A stretch of 64,000 nt of DNA from the human T2T-CHM13v2.0 reference genome, Homo sapiens. The translations under genes and the position numbers were made by a program. Under the pieces are notes generated by a model, which did not search any database, had not been told where the DNA came from, and saw only the letters and a list, made by a program, of their open reading frames with translations. The stretch is from NCBI RefSeq assembly GCF_009914755.1, contig NC_060929.1; one strand, written 5' to 3'. Of the stretch, positions 44,551 to 57,424 are shown in pieces. Positions within the stretch are counted from its first letter, which is position 1, and each line of letters opens with the position of its first letter.

Positions 44551-45009
44551 TTCTTTGTTTTAGAATTTGTCTATGTTTATGGATTTAATAATTAGCTTAG
44601 GATTTTTCTATCTGTATAAAGTTAAATTAAATACAGCTATAACAAATGTATTATGTCTTAAAATTACAAAGAGTATTCTCAATAGACAGAGGGAAGGGAA
44701 ATGACTTTTACTCAACTTTTACTCATATGCATATAAAAATGGCTCTATTTTGGCACACCTTGGTATTACAATTCGCATTGTGAAATGTGCATTGTAGAAT
44801 ATGTCATGGGTGAAATTGGTAACATCAGCAAAATAGTGGACTGCGAGACTCTAATTCTCCTTACCCCCTAAAGAAACAATTATTTCACTATTTACTGACT
44901 ACTCGCAAACACTAATAGTGTTTGGAGAATACCAGAGCACAATGAAGGTGCTGCAGCAAGCCAATGGGGCAGAAAATCACAAGGATGGCTCCACAGAAAA
45001 GTGTAGGAA

Positions 45010-45152
45010 AAGTAGCTGGGCATGGTGATGCACACCTGTAATCCCACCTACTCTGGTGGCTGAGGGAGGAGAATTGCCCCCAGGAGGTGGAGGTTGCAGT
45101 GAACCAAGATTGCTCTACTGCACTCCAGCCTGGGTGACAAAGTGAGACTGTC
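45010..45152 (+). mobile_element. Alu right arm (FRAM or truncated AluJ/S)
   Basis: agctgggcatggtg...cagcctgggtgacaaagtgagactgtc; TSD gtgtaggaa also encloses the tail. Confidence 0.9.
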
Positions 45153-45180
45153 AGAAAGAAAGAAAGAGAAAGAAAGAAAG

Positions 45181-45235
<55 letters not shown>

Positions 45236-45427
45236 AGGGAGGGAGGGAGGAAGGGAGGAAGGAAGGAAGGAAGGAAGGAAGGAAGGAAGGAAGGAAGGAA
45301 GGAAGGGAAAGAGAGAAGAGAGACAGGAAGGAAGAGAGGGAGGGAGGGAGGAAGGAAAGGAGGGAGGAAAGGAGAGAGGGAGGGAGGAAGGGAAGGAAGG
45401 AAAGAAGAGAGGAAAAAAGAAAAAGAA
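45153..45427 (+). repeat. Polypurine compound microsatellite (GAAA/GA/GGGA/GGAA)
   Basis: About 275 nt with a single pyrimidine. Confidence 0.95.
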
Positions 45428-47139
45428 CTGTGTAGGAAGCATTACATGCATCTCCTCCTCCCTCAGATCAGCACAGGAGGTTCTGAGAGGAAGCCTCATG
45501 GCCATAACATGCCCCCAGTGAGAGAAAAAAGAAAGCAAGAGGGGCCCTGCAGTCTTTACCCCTGAGAACGTTCACGGTCTCTGTGGACTCTGAGCCCAGC
45601 TGATGGAACGGCTCAGAGTTCACTCCACCGCATCCCCTCATCGGAGCCACCACTGTTTCAGCACCAGAGCTGCCACCACCACCTTTACAGTCCTGGTGCC
45701 ACTGCCACCAGATATATGAAAAAGTGCTCAGCATCACTAATCAACAAAGAAATGCAAATCAAAATCACAAAGAGATATCACTTCACACCTATTAGAATAA
45801 CTGTTATCAAAAAGATGAAAGATAAGAAGTGTTGATGAGAAAAACGAAGACTTACATCCTGTTGTAGGGAATGTAAATTGGAGCAGCCATTATGAAAAAC
45901 AAAACAGAGGTTCTTCAAAAAATTAAAAATAGAAAACTACCATATGATTCAGCAGTCCTGCCTTTCGGTATATATCCAAAGGAAATGAAATCAGTACGTT
46001 GAAGAGATATCTGCACTCCAATGTTCATTGCAGCACTATTCACAATAACCAAGACATGGAAACAACCTAAACATCTGTCAGTGTATGCAAGCAAAAACCC
46101 TGACACACACACACACACACACATGCACACACATACGTGCATGTGTATAATATAATATTATTCAGACTTTAAAAAAAAAGAAACCATGCCATTTGCGGCA
46201 ACAGTTGTAAACCTGAAAGATATTATGCTAAGTGAAATAAGCCAAGCAGGCAAAGACAAATACTGCATGATTTCACTTTAGAATCTAAAATAGTCAAACT
46301 CAAAGAATCAGAGAGTAGAATGGTGATTTCCACAGCCTAGGAGGCTGAAGAAATGAGCTGATACATGAGGTATACAATTTTGTTATGCAAGATGCATAAG
46401 GTGTGGAGATCTATGTAAGCATGGTAACTATAGTTAACAATATTTCATTTTATATGTGAAATTTGTTGAGAGGATAAATTTTAAGGGCTCTCGCTGCAAA
46501 AAAAAAGAAAAAATATTAACTATGTCATGTAATCATTATGTTTGCTCAACTGAGAAAATTATTTCACAATTTATACATATATCAGAACATCACCTGTGCA
46601 CCTTAAATATATAAAATTTATTTGCCCATCATATCGCAATAAGGTAGAAAAAGTGATTTTTTTAAAAAAAGTCATGAGCAAAGTTTCCTGTTTTTAAAGT
46701 TGTTAGCAAGCAGCCATATTACCTGAGCAGCAGAAAAAAATGAGTATACAGAGATTGATGATCTAGTGAAATCAAGCTGATGTAATGAAAAAAATGTGCA
46801 TTTTATATTCCATATTTTTTCTTACTAGATTTTCAAGACATAAATAGAAGTTACAGAAGTCACATCAATGTGGATTTATGGTTCTCCATAAATAAACATC
46901 AGGTCATATTCTTATACCAGTAGTCAACATTAGTTCTCCAAATAAACATCAGGTTTGGGCTATATGTACGTACTACAAAATCCCATGTGACATTGCTGTT
47001 GTCTGCCTCATAAAGACTCTCTAAACCTATGTAGATGAAAGCTGATTAGTGTTCTTTAAAAGGTATTTCCTTTAAGCACTGGTTCAGATTAACAAACCAT
47101 TATTTGTAATTAATGAAAATATTTATAAATTGCACAATT

Positions 47140-47555
47140 ATTTCTTTAATAGTGTAATATCAAGCAAGATGGAATAACTTATACCGTGATAACTTATAAT
47201 CACAAAATCTCATTGGCTTAACCAACCCAAATTTGTTTCTTACCAATTAAATATGCCCATTTTGGTACTGTAGGGGCTTTCTACTTTAGTTTCACTAGGG
47301 AAGCTAGGCTGACAGAGATTCAATCTGGACACATATTTCTGCAGCCATCACAATTGAGAGAAAGCAAGATGGCAAGTTGCAACTGGATTTCAAAATTTCC
47401 TGATGAAAATACACGTAATATTTGTGCTCACATTTCATTGATCACAGATGTCACCTGACCATGCTTAATTTAAAAATAATGTAAAAACACAACCTTACCT
47501 TGTACTAGGGAGAAACAGACCTAGAATGACTTCCAACACCAATCATAACTACTAC
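47140..47555 (-). mobile_element. Old MLT1 (K/L-like) LTR
   Basis: aaatctcattggcttaacc...tgctcacatttcattgatcacag. Confidence 0.5.
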
Positions 47556-47685
47556 AATTTTTAAGGAATCCTTCTCAGTATAATTCGTAGGAATGTACCT
47601 ATGATAAATTCAGCCATTAGCCTCAGGTGTGTGCCAAAAGAAAATCTGGAGATCTTAAAAATTAAAGTTACTGCATGGTAAAGAT

Positions 47686-47892
47686 TAAGGTTCAGCAAAC
47701 AACAGAGGGCTGGCCGTGGTTGTCCCTGTAAATAAAGTTTTATTGGAACCAGCCATCCTCATTCATTTATGTATTGTTTATGGCTGCTTTTGCACTACAA
47801 TGAGTTACATAATTTCAACAAATTTTGTATGGCTTATAACGTCTGTAATGTTTGCTATTAGACCTTTTAAGGAAAATGTTTGCTGACTACTG
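47686..47892. mobile_element. MER58A (hAT-Charlie MITE)
   Basis: gtaaataaagttttattggaac...cattcatttatgtattgtttatggctgcttttgcactaca...gtttgctgac. Confidence 0.85.
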
Positions 47893-48199
47893 CTATAAGA
47901 ATATGACCAATTATGATTGTATTGTTTGTTTTGTTCTTATTTTTTCTTTCAGTAGTATTTGTTTTTTAATGTCATATTGGGCATGTGAATATCTTTAAAG
48001 GTCCCCAGAGGAGTCTATGTTATTAATTAATGAGCATGTAAATCCATGCTTAGCACCAGATATTTTTGAGAAGAGTTGAATTTGTTACCATAAAAATATA
48101 AGTATGAAACCATGCTTACTGTTTTTTTTTTCCCTAAACATATTACTTGTATATATGGTTAGTGGAGTTTTTTTTTAAACTATATTTCATTAATATTTG

Positions 48200-51045
48200 T
48201 TCTATTGGAAAAAATACACACCACCCAAAAATCACCATCCCCAAGAACACAGCTCTATGGCATCAAACACACCCACAATGTGGTGCAACCACCACTATCA
48301 TCCATCACTAGAACCTCTCCATCTCCCCAAATAAACTCTGTACACGTTAAACATGAACACCCCATTTCAACTCCCTCACCTAGTTCTGGGAAATTACTAT
48401 TCCACACTCTCTATCCCTTAGAAATTCATCATTTTAGGCACTGATGGAAGTGAATTATTCAATTCTCCTTCTGTGACTGCTAGCACAATGGTATCAAGGT
48501 TCATCTATGTTACAGCTTGTGCCAGGGATTCCTGCCCTTTCAAAGTTGACCAAAGTTCTGCCACATTGGCATAACACATTCTGTTTATCATTTCATCCTG
48601 TGATGGAAACCTGGGTTGCCTCCATCTCTCTGGCTACGGAAAAAAATTGAGCCATAAACTTGGGTGTACAAGTATCCATATGAGTCCTGTTTCCACATCT
48701 TTGGGTATATATGCAGATGTGGAATTGCTGGATGAAATGGCAATTCCACATACAAATATTCAAGAAATTGCCACATTGTCCTTTACAGCCATTGAAATTT
48801 TCATATTTCCACCAGCAATGAGCAAAGCAAGATCTCCAACATATCCACATCCTCATGATCTGTCATTTACAGGCTTTTTGTTGTTGTTTTTAACAACAGT
48901 GTTTTTTTTGTTTTATGGTTTTTTCTTTTTTTTTCTTTTCCAACTCTTATTTTAAGTTCAGGGAATACATGTGCAGGTTTGGTACGTGGGGAAATTGAGT
49001 GTCACGTGGGGTTTGCTGTACAAATTATTTTATCCCCCAGGTAGTGAGCACAATACCCTTTAGATGGTTTCATGATCCCTCTTCCCACCCTCCACCTTCA
49101 AGTAGGTCCTGGTGTCTATTGTTTTCCTCTTTGTGTCCACGTATACTCAATGTTTTGCTCCCACTTAAAAGTGAGAACATTAAGTATTTGATTTTCTGTT
49201 CCTTTATTATTTCTCTTGTAATAATAGCCTCCAGCTGCATCCATGTTGCTGCAAAGAACATGATTTCATTATTTCTATGGCTGTGTAGTATTCCGTGATG
49301 TATATGTACCACATTTTTCTTTATCCTGTCCACTATTAATGGACATCTAGGTTGCCATTCTGGTAGTTGTGAAGTGGCATGACATACTAGTCTTGAACTG
49401 AATTTCTGGTTAGTGATGCCAACCATCCCTTTATATGTTCATTGGCCACCTGTACATTCTCCCTTGAGAAAATTCTACTCAAGTCTTCTGTACAGTAAAC
49501 TAATTACTTTTTTTCAGTTGTAGGAGATCTTTATATATTCTGGATATCAATCCTTTATGAGATATATGATTTGCAAATACTTTCTCCTATTCCATGGATT
49601 ACCTTTTCACCCTGTTAATGGTATTCTTTGATGTACAAAAGTCTAATTTTGATGAAGTTCAACTTATCCATTTTATATTTTGTTGCCTGTACTATTGATG
49701 TCTTAGTCAACAGATCATTATGAAATCCAGTGTCATGTAGCTTATCTCTCCTTTTTCTTTAAAAGTTTGACAGCTTTAGCTATTACATTTAGGCCTTATA
49801 TCCATTTTATGTCAATTTTTGTATATGGTATAAGGTATGGGTTCAAATTCATTTCTTAATGTTAATATCCAGATTTTTCAACAGTATTTTTTGAACAGAT
49901 TGTTTTTCCCTCATTGAACTGTCTTAGCACCCTTGTCAAAAATCAGTTCACCATATATGTGAAGGTTTCTTTTGTGGCTCACTATTCTATTCCATTGATT
50001 TGCCTGTCTTAATGCCAGTAGCAAATTATATGATGATGGTAGTTTTATGGTAAGTTTTGAAATCAGAAAGTGTGAGACCTCCATATTTGTTCTTCTTTTT
50101 AAAGAAGCTCCCATATTAGTTCTTCTTTTTTAAGACTTTTGACTCTTTGGGATCCCTTAAAATCTGTATTAATTTTAGGATGAATTTTTCTCTTTCCGCC
50201 AAAAAACTATTGCTGAAACTTTTATTGGGATCACATGGAATCTGTGGTTTGCTTTTGGTTATATTGACATCTTAATGATACTAAGTCTTCCCATCAATGA
50301 ACATGATATGTTTTCCACTTATTTGTGTATTCTTTAATTTCTTACAGCAACTTTTCTTTAGTTTTCAGTGTGCAAGTCTTCTGCCTCCTTTGATAAGTTT
50401 ATTTATAATTCTTTTATTATTTTTGATACTACTGAAAATGGTATGTTTCCTTAAGCAAATAAATTGTTTTCTTAATTTCTTTTTCAATTATGTATTGTTA
50501 TGTATAGAATTGCAACAGATTCTGTGTGTTTATTTTATATCCTGCAAATTTACTTAATTCATTTATTAGTTCTAATACTATTTTGGAGGAGTCTTTTGGG
50601 TTTCTTACATATAAAATATCATTCGTGAAAATAGATCATATTATTTATTTCTAATCTACATTCCTTTTATTTCATTTTCTTGCCTAACTGCTCTAGTTGG
50701 GACTTCTATTATCATGCTGAGTAGAAGTGGTGAAAGAAGTCACCCTTGTCCTTTTTTAATATTAGAGAAAAAGCTTTCATTTTTCACTATTGAACATCAA
50801 GATAGCTGTACGTTTTTCATATATGACCTTATTTATATCGAAGTAATTTTCTTTTGCTTCTAGTTTGTTGAATGCTTTTATTTTGAAAGGGTATTGAATG
50901 TTGTGAAATATTTTTTCTGCATCAATTGAGATTTTTATGTGTTTTTTAAATTCATTCTCATTATATAGGATATTACTCTGATTTATTTTCATATACTCAA
51001 CCATCCTTACATTCCAGAAATAAGTCCTACTTGGTCATGGTATAA
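48200..51045 (-). mobile_element. L1MB-like 3' end and ORF2 fragments
   Basis: Minus-strand remnants ISIDAEKIFHNIQYPF and LIFDKGAK. Confidence 0.8.
48940..49355 (-). mobile_element. Older L1PA/L1PB 3' end nested in L1MB
   Basis: ttaagttcagggaatacatgtgcagg...cctccagctgcatccatgttgctgcaaag; NEIMFFAATWMQLEAII. Confidence 0.85.
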
Positions 51046-51229
51046 GTAGATAGAATTTTTAAGGAAATTAAATATAAAAGTTTTTAAATTATGAAAAACT
51101 TCCAACATTTACCAAAGAAGTTCAATAACACTTATGAATTAATAACCCAGTTTTAACAAACACTTACGTTTTGCCAGAAGTTTTAAATATACATTCTGAA
51201 ATCTATTCTTTAGAACAGAGAATTTTTAA

Positions 51230-51642
<413 letters not shown>

Positions 51643-54569
51643 TAATCCTTAAAGCTATTTGACTGTCTCATAAATAGTTACTACAAGAAAGACAATAAAA
51701 TAATTACTTATTTATCTTGATTTTCAGACTAATGAGTTGATGCTTTAGCAAACTCAAATGATTTTATTATTTTTATTGGTTACTTTTTTCTTCTTTTTCT
51801 GAATATATTTGTAAACTCACTTTCTATATTTAAAGAACTTGAATCAGCTGTAGCTATTCAAAAAAAATCAAAATGCCTTGTCAGTGGTCTACAGGATTTT
51901 ATTAAAGCTGACTCTTGAGTTCTCTTACAAGTCTCTGTTATTTCCTGGTAGCTTATCCTTTCCAGGCACTACAGCATGCATGAAATTCATCTTGTACATT
52001 TCCTGCATCAAATACAGAACCAGCCATTTTCCTAAGCCAAATCTCAGGCCCTTTTAATTGGGTGAATTGTATTAGAGACAACAATCTTGGCATTGGGACA
52101 CCTGTTACGCCATTGTAAAAAGTGCTATTCCCTGCTTCTTCACAAAAATTGCATTTCAAAATCTGACAAACTTAGTAAAATGACTGAATACAGTCTTCTC
52201 TGATATCATTATATTATTTTATGTAATTTGGATGTATTTTTTTCTTTTGACTCTCACAGAACTTTCAGTTCTAACCAGATACATAAGCCAATCTTTTCAT
52301 TTTAAAGAGAGATGGATTAATACATTGGTTTAAAAATCTGACACATCTTCTATTATTCAGCAACACAGAGAAAAATACCTTCTGAACTTACTAAATATAT
52401 GTAACCATATGTAGTGATACATGCAAATTATGTGTGTGTGTCTCTAATATTTATACACAATTCATTCTGTATTCATGGCTGAATAAACAGATATCATCAT
52501 GGTTTGGCTGCAAGTTATTGTACTCTTATTTCTAATGACAAATCCTGTAACAAGAAAAAAATGAAGGGTATTTCTGCCACGTAAAGCCTGTAGCGTTTTT
52601 CCAAAAATCTTCCCCTCCAGCGTTACATTGTTCAGAGTATGCCAGCATTCTGTATGAAATGATTTTCTCAGCTGTAAATTCAGAGAAAGAAAAATGTTAC
52701 TTTCAGTTGATGAAAATTAAAAGGATTATCTTAGATAATCATCTCTGGAGTTGCATTCGGTATTCCAGACCCTTCACTTCATCCCCTGCCTATTATTCAA
52801 GCAAGAAAGCTGACTGACGTGGAGGCTTGTGATGGCAGCCCTGGTGAACTCTTTCAGTTTCATACACAGCAATTACTTCTACTTAGAATCTGTGGCATTG
52901 GACAGTGAGTGCCTGTCATGTCTGTCATCTAGCTTGCCTTAATTGGAAAAAATGATGGATCGATGGAAAGACAGGAGGCAGGGAGATGGACAGAAAGATG
53001 GAAAGCACCAAATAAAAACAGCAGTGCACAGATTAAAATATATGTTAAGCTTTGCAAACACTGCAAGCGTCCAGACAGCTTGAAAGATGCTTATGTTCAG
53101 TTTACAGATTTATGACTTGCTTTCTCCAATATTCATGAACATGGAGAGTATTTGCTTAAGGCATGATACAGTGGCAAAGCATTAAAACTGACAATAATTG
53201 CCTAACACAATGAACAACATAATTATAAACTTTTGGTAGTTTTATCCAGTGAATTAAAGATATATCCACTACTCTTAAATGTATTCATTTAAAACAAAAG
53301 TCAGTTGCCTACAAGATTTTTAAATCTTTTTGTCTCTTAACCAATGCTATTGCATTCTTTTCATTTTGTTTGCAGCATATAAATTGCAGTTTTACTTAAT
53401 TCAAAAGAATCTTGACTAACTGGCTGTCAATTCCATTGTAAATGCTATATTCAATAAACTATAATTATAAATCCTTCAGGGTCTTATTATTCAAAGTAAG
53501 GTGTAAACAAACAAAGTAACATAAAATTTCATATTCAACAAAGAATGTGGTACTTTGCAGCAAAGTTTTCAGATAATATAAAAATAACTGAAACCATTTT
53601 ATTTATCTCCATATATTTTTACAGGGCAAGGACAATGCTCTATTATTCTGTTGGCCAGTCAATTTCTTTGCAGATGTGAAAGCATATTTTACTTTTAAAA
53701 AAGGAAACAATTATTATTGACTATATATCTTTTTCCAGGTAGATTGTACTTTTCCCTTCTAGTTAATGACCAAACTTCTTGAATAAGTTATCTACATATA
53801 CTTTTTTTCAAATCATTGCCCAAAAACAATTCAATCAAATACAATTTGACATTCTCCTCTTTACACTGCTAAAACTGCTCTTTGGAGGACTCCAAAAAAC
53901 CCCGTGTTGTGAAATCTAGGACCATTTCTGTGTCAATATTTTACTGCATATAATCTCAGTCTTAGTACTTGATCTTTATCAAATCATTCTCTTCCTTTGG
54001 TTTCTGGGTCACTGCAGGAACTAGGGCTTCCTTCTTCCTCCAATCTGTGGGATAGTTGTAATAAATACTTTTACTTAACTGGTACTGGTGATTTTTTCCT
54101 CTCTTTTTTTTTTTCTATCTCTTTTCTTAAAGTCTTATTAGAAGTCTATCAATTTTATTTTTTTCCCAAAATGACATTTGTCTCTGTTAATTTTATGTAC
54201 ATTGAATATTTTCTCTTTTATAGCTTTCAATTCATTTTTATTGCTTGAGAACAGTTATGTATTGCAATTATTTTGGCTTAATGTAGACAGTTCAAATTAA
54301 AAGCAAGGGAAATTTTACTTGGCTTTTCAAAAAATAATTAAAATCACTCTTTTTGTTTTGTTCCTCCCTGTACATACGAGTTCCACTGTATGACATTTTC
54401 CTTCAGCTTGAAGAACACCCTTTGTATTTCTGTTAACACTATCACTGTTGACAAGAAAATCTCTCTGCTTCCATTTTTCTGAATTCACCTCTAATTTGCA
54501 TTTATTATTGTTGTATATTTTATCTGGCTGTAGCGTTCTGAATTGACAAGCCTTTGTTTGATAGTTGGT

Positions 54570-55045
54570 TTGTGCTGTATTATGTGTTAAAACCTACATG
54601 CCTTCAGGAACCATTCTTTTGTCTTGGCTAGTTAAGGGAACCCACCAACAATAACCTAACCCCAGATAAGGAAATGGAAGTCTCTTACACGATCACAGAT
54701 GGAGTGAAGCTTGGATGTAGATAAGGAAGGAGTTATCTTTCTCCATAATCAGACCATACCCCACTAAAGGGACCAAAGATAATGGACCCAGATGTAAAAT
54801 TCTTGGCTTTTAGGGCCAACCTTGTCTACTCTCTACCCAATGGGCTGTATCCCAGTGCCGGGCTACCATGATGCATGTTGTAGAAGTTGAGCTAGTTCTA
54901 GGAAACATGTTATGACTTTTGGCCTATTGTCAGGCCCACGTTACACTCTACCACCTTTTCCAGCACTAGAACAGTTCCCTCCCTGTCCCTGTGACTTCCT
55001 GGTACATAAGCTTCTCATCATAACCAATAAAAAGTTTCTGGTTTG
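54570..55045 (+). mobile_element. Probable old solo LTR (family uncertain)
   Basis: GC-richer island ending ccaataaaaagtttctggtttg. Confidence 0.4.
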
Positions 55046-57424
55046 TAAAAAAACAAGCAAGCAAAGAAAAACTTTCCTAGTGGCATTAAGTTTACAGCAA
55101 AATGCCAAAAATTAATTAATTTTTCAAATTTGAATCACATTGAATTTTAATATAATTTTGGCAGAATTGACATTTTTACAAACATTTATGTTTTCATCAA
55201 ATAATAGAATATATCCTTCCCATTGTTCTGATCTCGTTTTATGTTCTTCAACAAAACTGCATTGCCTTTTCATAAAAATCAAGTACTTTTTCTTCAAGTT
55301 TATTCCAAATTATCTTACCTACTTTCTATTACTTTGAATGCTTTTGTAAAATTATAGCACTTCTAACAGGGAAGATCTAATTATATATTATTTTTGCATC
55401 TATTTACTTTTCCTAGGTGCCTTAACATACTTGTAAGGAATTTACTTGAGACCTTAGTTATTTTATGTATAAAAACAATACAATCAAAATGATAAATTTC
55501 ATCCATGTATTTTTATATGACTATAAAGACTATGTTATCTTATTAATTGTAATGGAAAACTTATACTGCATGATATTGTAGATTCCATTCTTGCCTGTCT
55601 AATCTATTTCTCTTGGTTTTCCATGATGATGGCTTTAGAGTTCCAATTCTGAAGTGGTGTTTGCTATTATAATTTTATAAATTATCCTTATTATACATTT
55701 CTATTTTGCTTAGATATTTTATTACAAATTTCAAATGACAACAGGAACTTTGCCTGATACACTGAAATGTATTAATGTCTTATTTTACTGATATGAGATG
55801 TATTGGTAGTATTCCTGTTATTGAGCTAACTCTTCATTCTTGCAATAAGTCCTACTTTGGCATAACACACTGTGATCTTGATACATAGCTATAGTTTAGT
55901 ATAGTATAGGTGAACATATTCATTATAATCTGATGTAGGACTGAGCTTTAACCATAACCATTTTCATGTTGTAATATTTTTATTTTACAAAATGAGTTTT
56001 AAAATTCTACATTTTGTTTCATGGCCTAGAATGACTATTATCATTACATATTATTTAAAGTTTAGACAAAAGTTTACTATACACATATCTTTACATAACT
56101 CATTTTTTGTTGTTATTTTTGATAGCAGGTATTTTAATCTTTTCTCTCTGCTTATGGATCCATTCAAGTTTCCCACTTGATTTTAAATCAAGATTGGTAT
56201 TTTATAAAAAAAAGTACATTATTACATTTCCAAACTTATTGTAAAAGAGTTCTAGGTATTATTTTATTGTAATTTTAAATTGTTTTCTGTGGAGTTTCGT
56301 CTTATTTTTCCTGTAGAGTATAGCTCCTGTTGTTCGACAATGGCAGATTCCAATATACGGTTTTTAAACAGAGGTGTATGGCTCTAAAAAGATATTTATG
56401 TGTGGCATAAGATATTTACTCTCTAATCTTTTATGGAAAACATTTGCTGATCTTTTTAATAAACTAAACAAATATATAGAAAAAATAATCATTATCATTT
56501 TATTATATTTATTTTAGTTTCTTCCCTTGAAATTTTCAGGTAGAAAATAATTGTATCAGCCAATAAATCTATCCTGTTTCTCTTTGATTCTAATTATACC
56601 AAATTTCATTTTCTTTTTTTAAATTAAACATTCTTTTTCTTTTTCATAAACATTGCTCCACCATTTTTACCCAATTATACACATCAGAAAACTGAGTGTC
56701 AACTTAGATACATTCTCCTCCTACACACACTAGCAAGTATGTTGTTTGTATATTAATTTATTAAACAAGTATTGTTGAATTTAACTATGGTTTAGATGTT
56801 GAGAAAAATACTGTGCAAAAACATAATTTCCTATATCAGACTTTTTCAATATGTGAAGTGGTTACTACACTCATAACTAATCTATAACTGACACACTGCC
56901 AATGTAATCCAAGTTTTTACACATTCAGAATCCCTGTTTCTTCAGCTTTATCTTGTGTTTCTTCCTTCTTCCATGCACAGCATCTTTCTTCCAGTTTCTC
57001 TAGTGCAAAAAGCTCTTTCCTAAATTTAGGCATCTGTGAAGAATGTTTCTTCTCCCTGAAAAGCCCACTCTTCTCTACAAATTGTTCTTCAAACTTTATT
57101 AAAAACATTAGTTTCCCATAAAGGACTTTTTCTTACTGCAAAACACATAATTGTTTCCCATTTTTATTTTTTAATGGAATACTACACATTTTTGGGTAAT
57201 ATTTATCACACAAAAATGCAATTGTGGGATTTTCTATCATGTCTCTCTTCACTACTGTGATGATGGAGACTGAATTACTTAATGAATACTGGAAGTTTAG
57301 CCTAAAACACCAGGCACCATGCACAAGGTAAAAACTAAAATGATATTTGATTGAATGCTACTGATTTATGAATAAAATATCCATAAAAGCATGACAGATA
57401 GAAGCAAAGAACTTTAAAGAAATG

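Larger units (their letters stand above)
44808..46665 (+). mobile_element. L1M 5'UTR-like segment joined directly to an L1MA(8/9-like) 3' end
   Basis: 45711 onward is the L1 ORF2 end and 3'UTR (gaaatgcaaatcaaaatcac; ctgcactccaatgttcattgcagcac); the upstream part resembles an old L1 5'UTR. Confidence 0.65.

Noticed and set aside
44912-45538. 208-aa minus-strand ORF and the overlapping E/R/K-rich plus ORF
   Set aside because: Stop-free only because they read through the polypurine microsatellite and an Alu.
50079-50135. About 30-bp tandem duplication in L1MB
   Set aside because: An ordinary slippage-type duplication in an old repeat.
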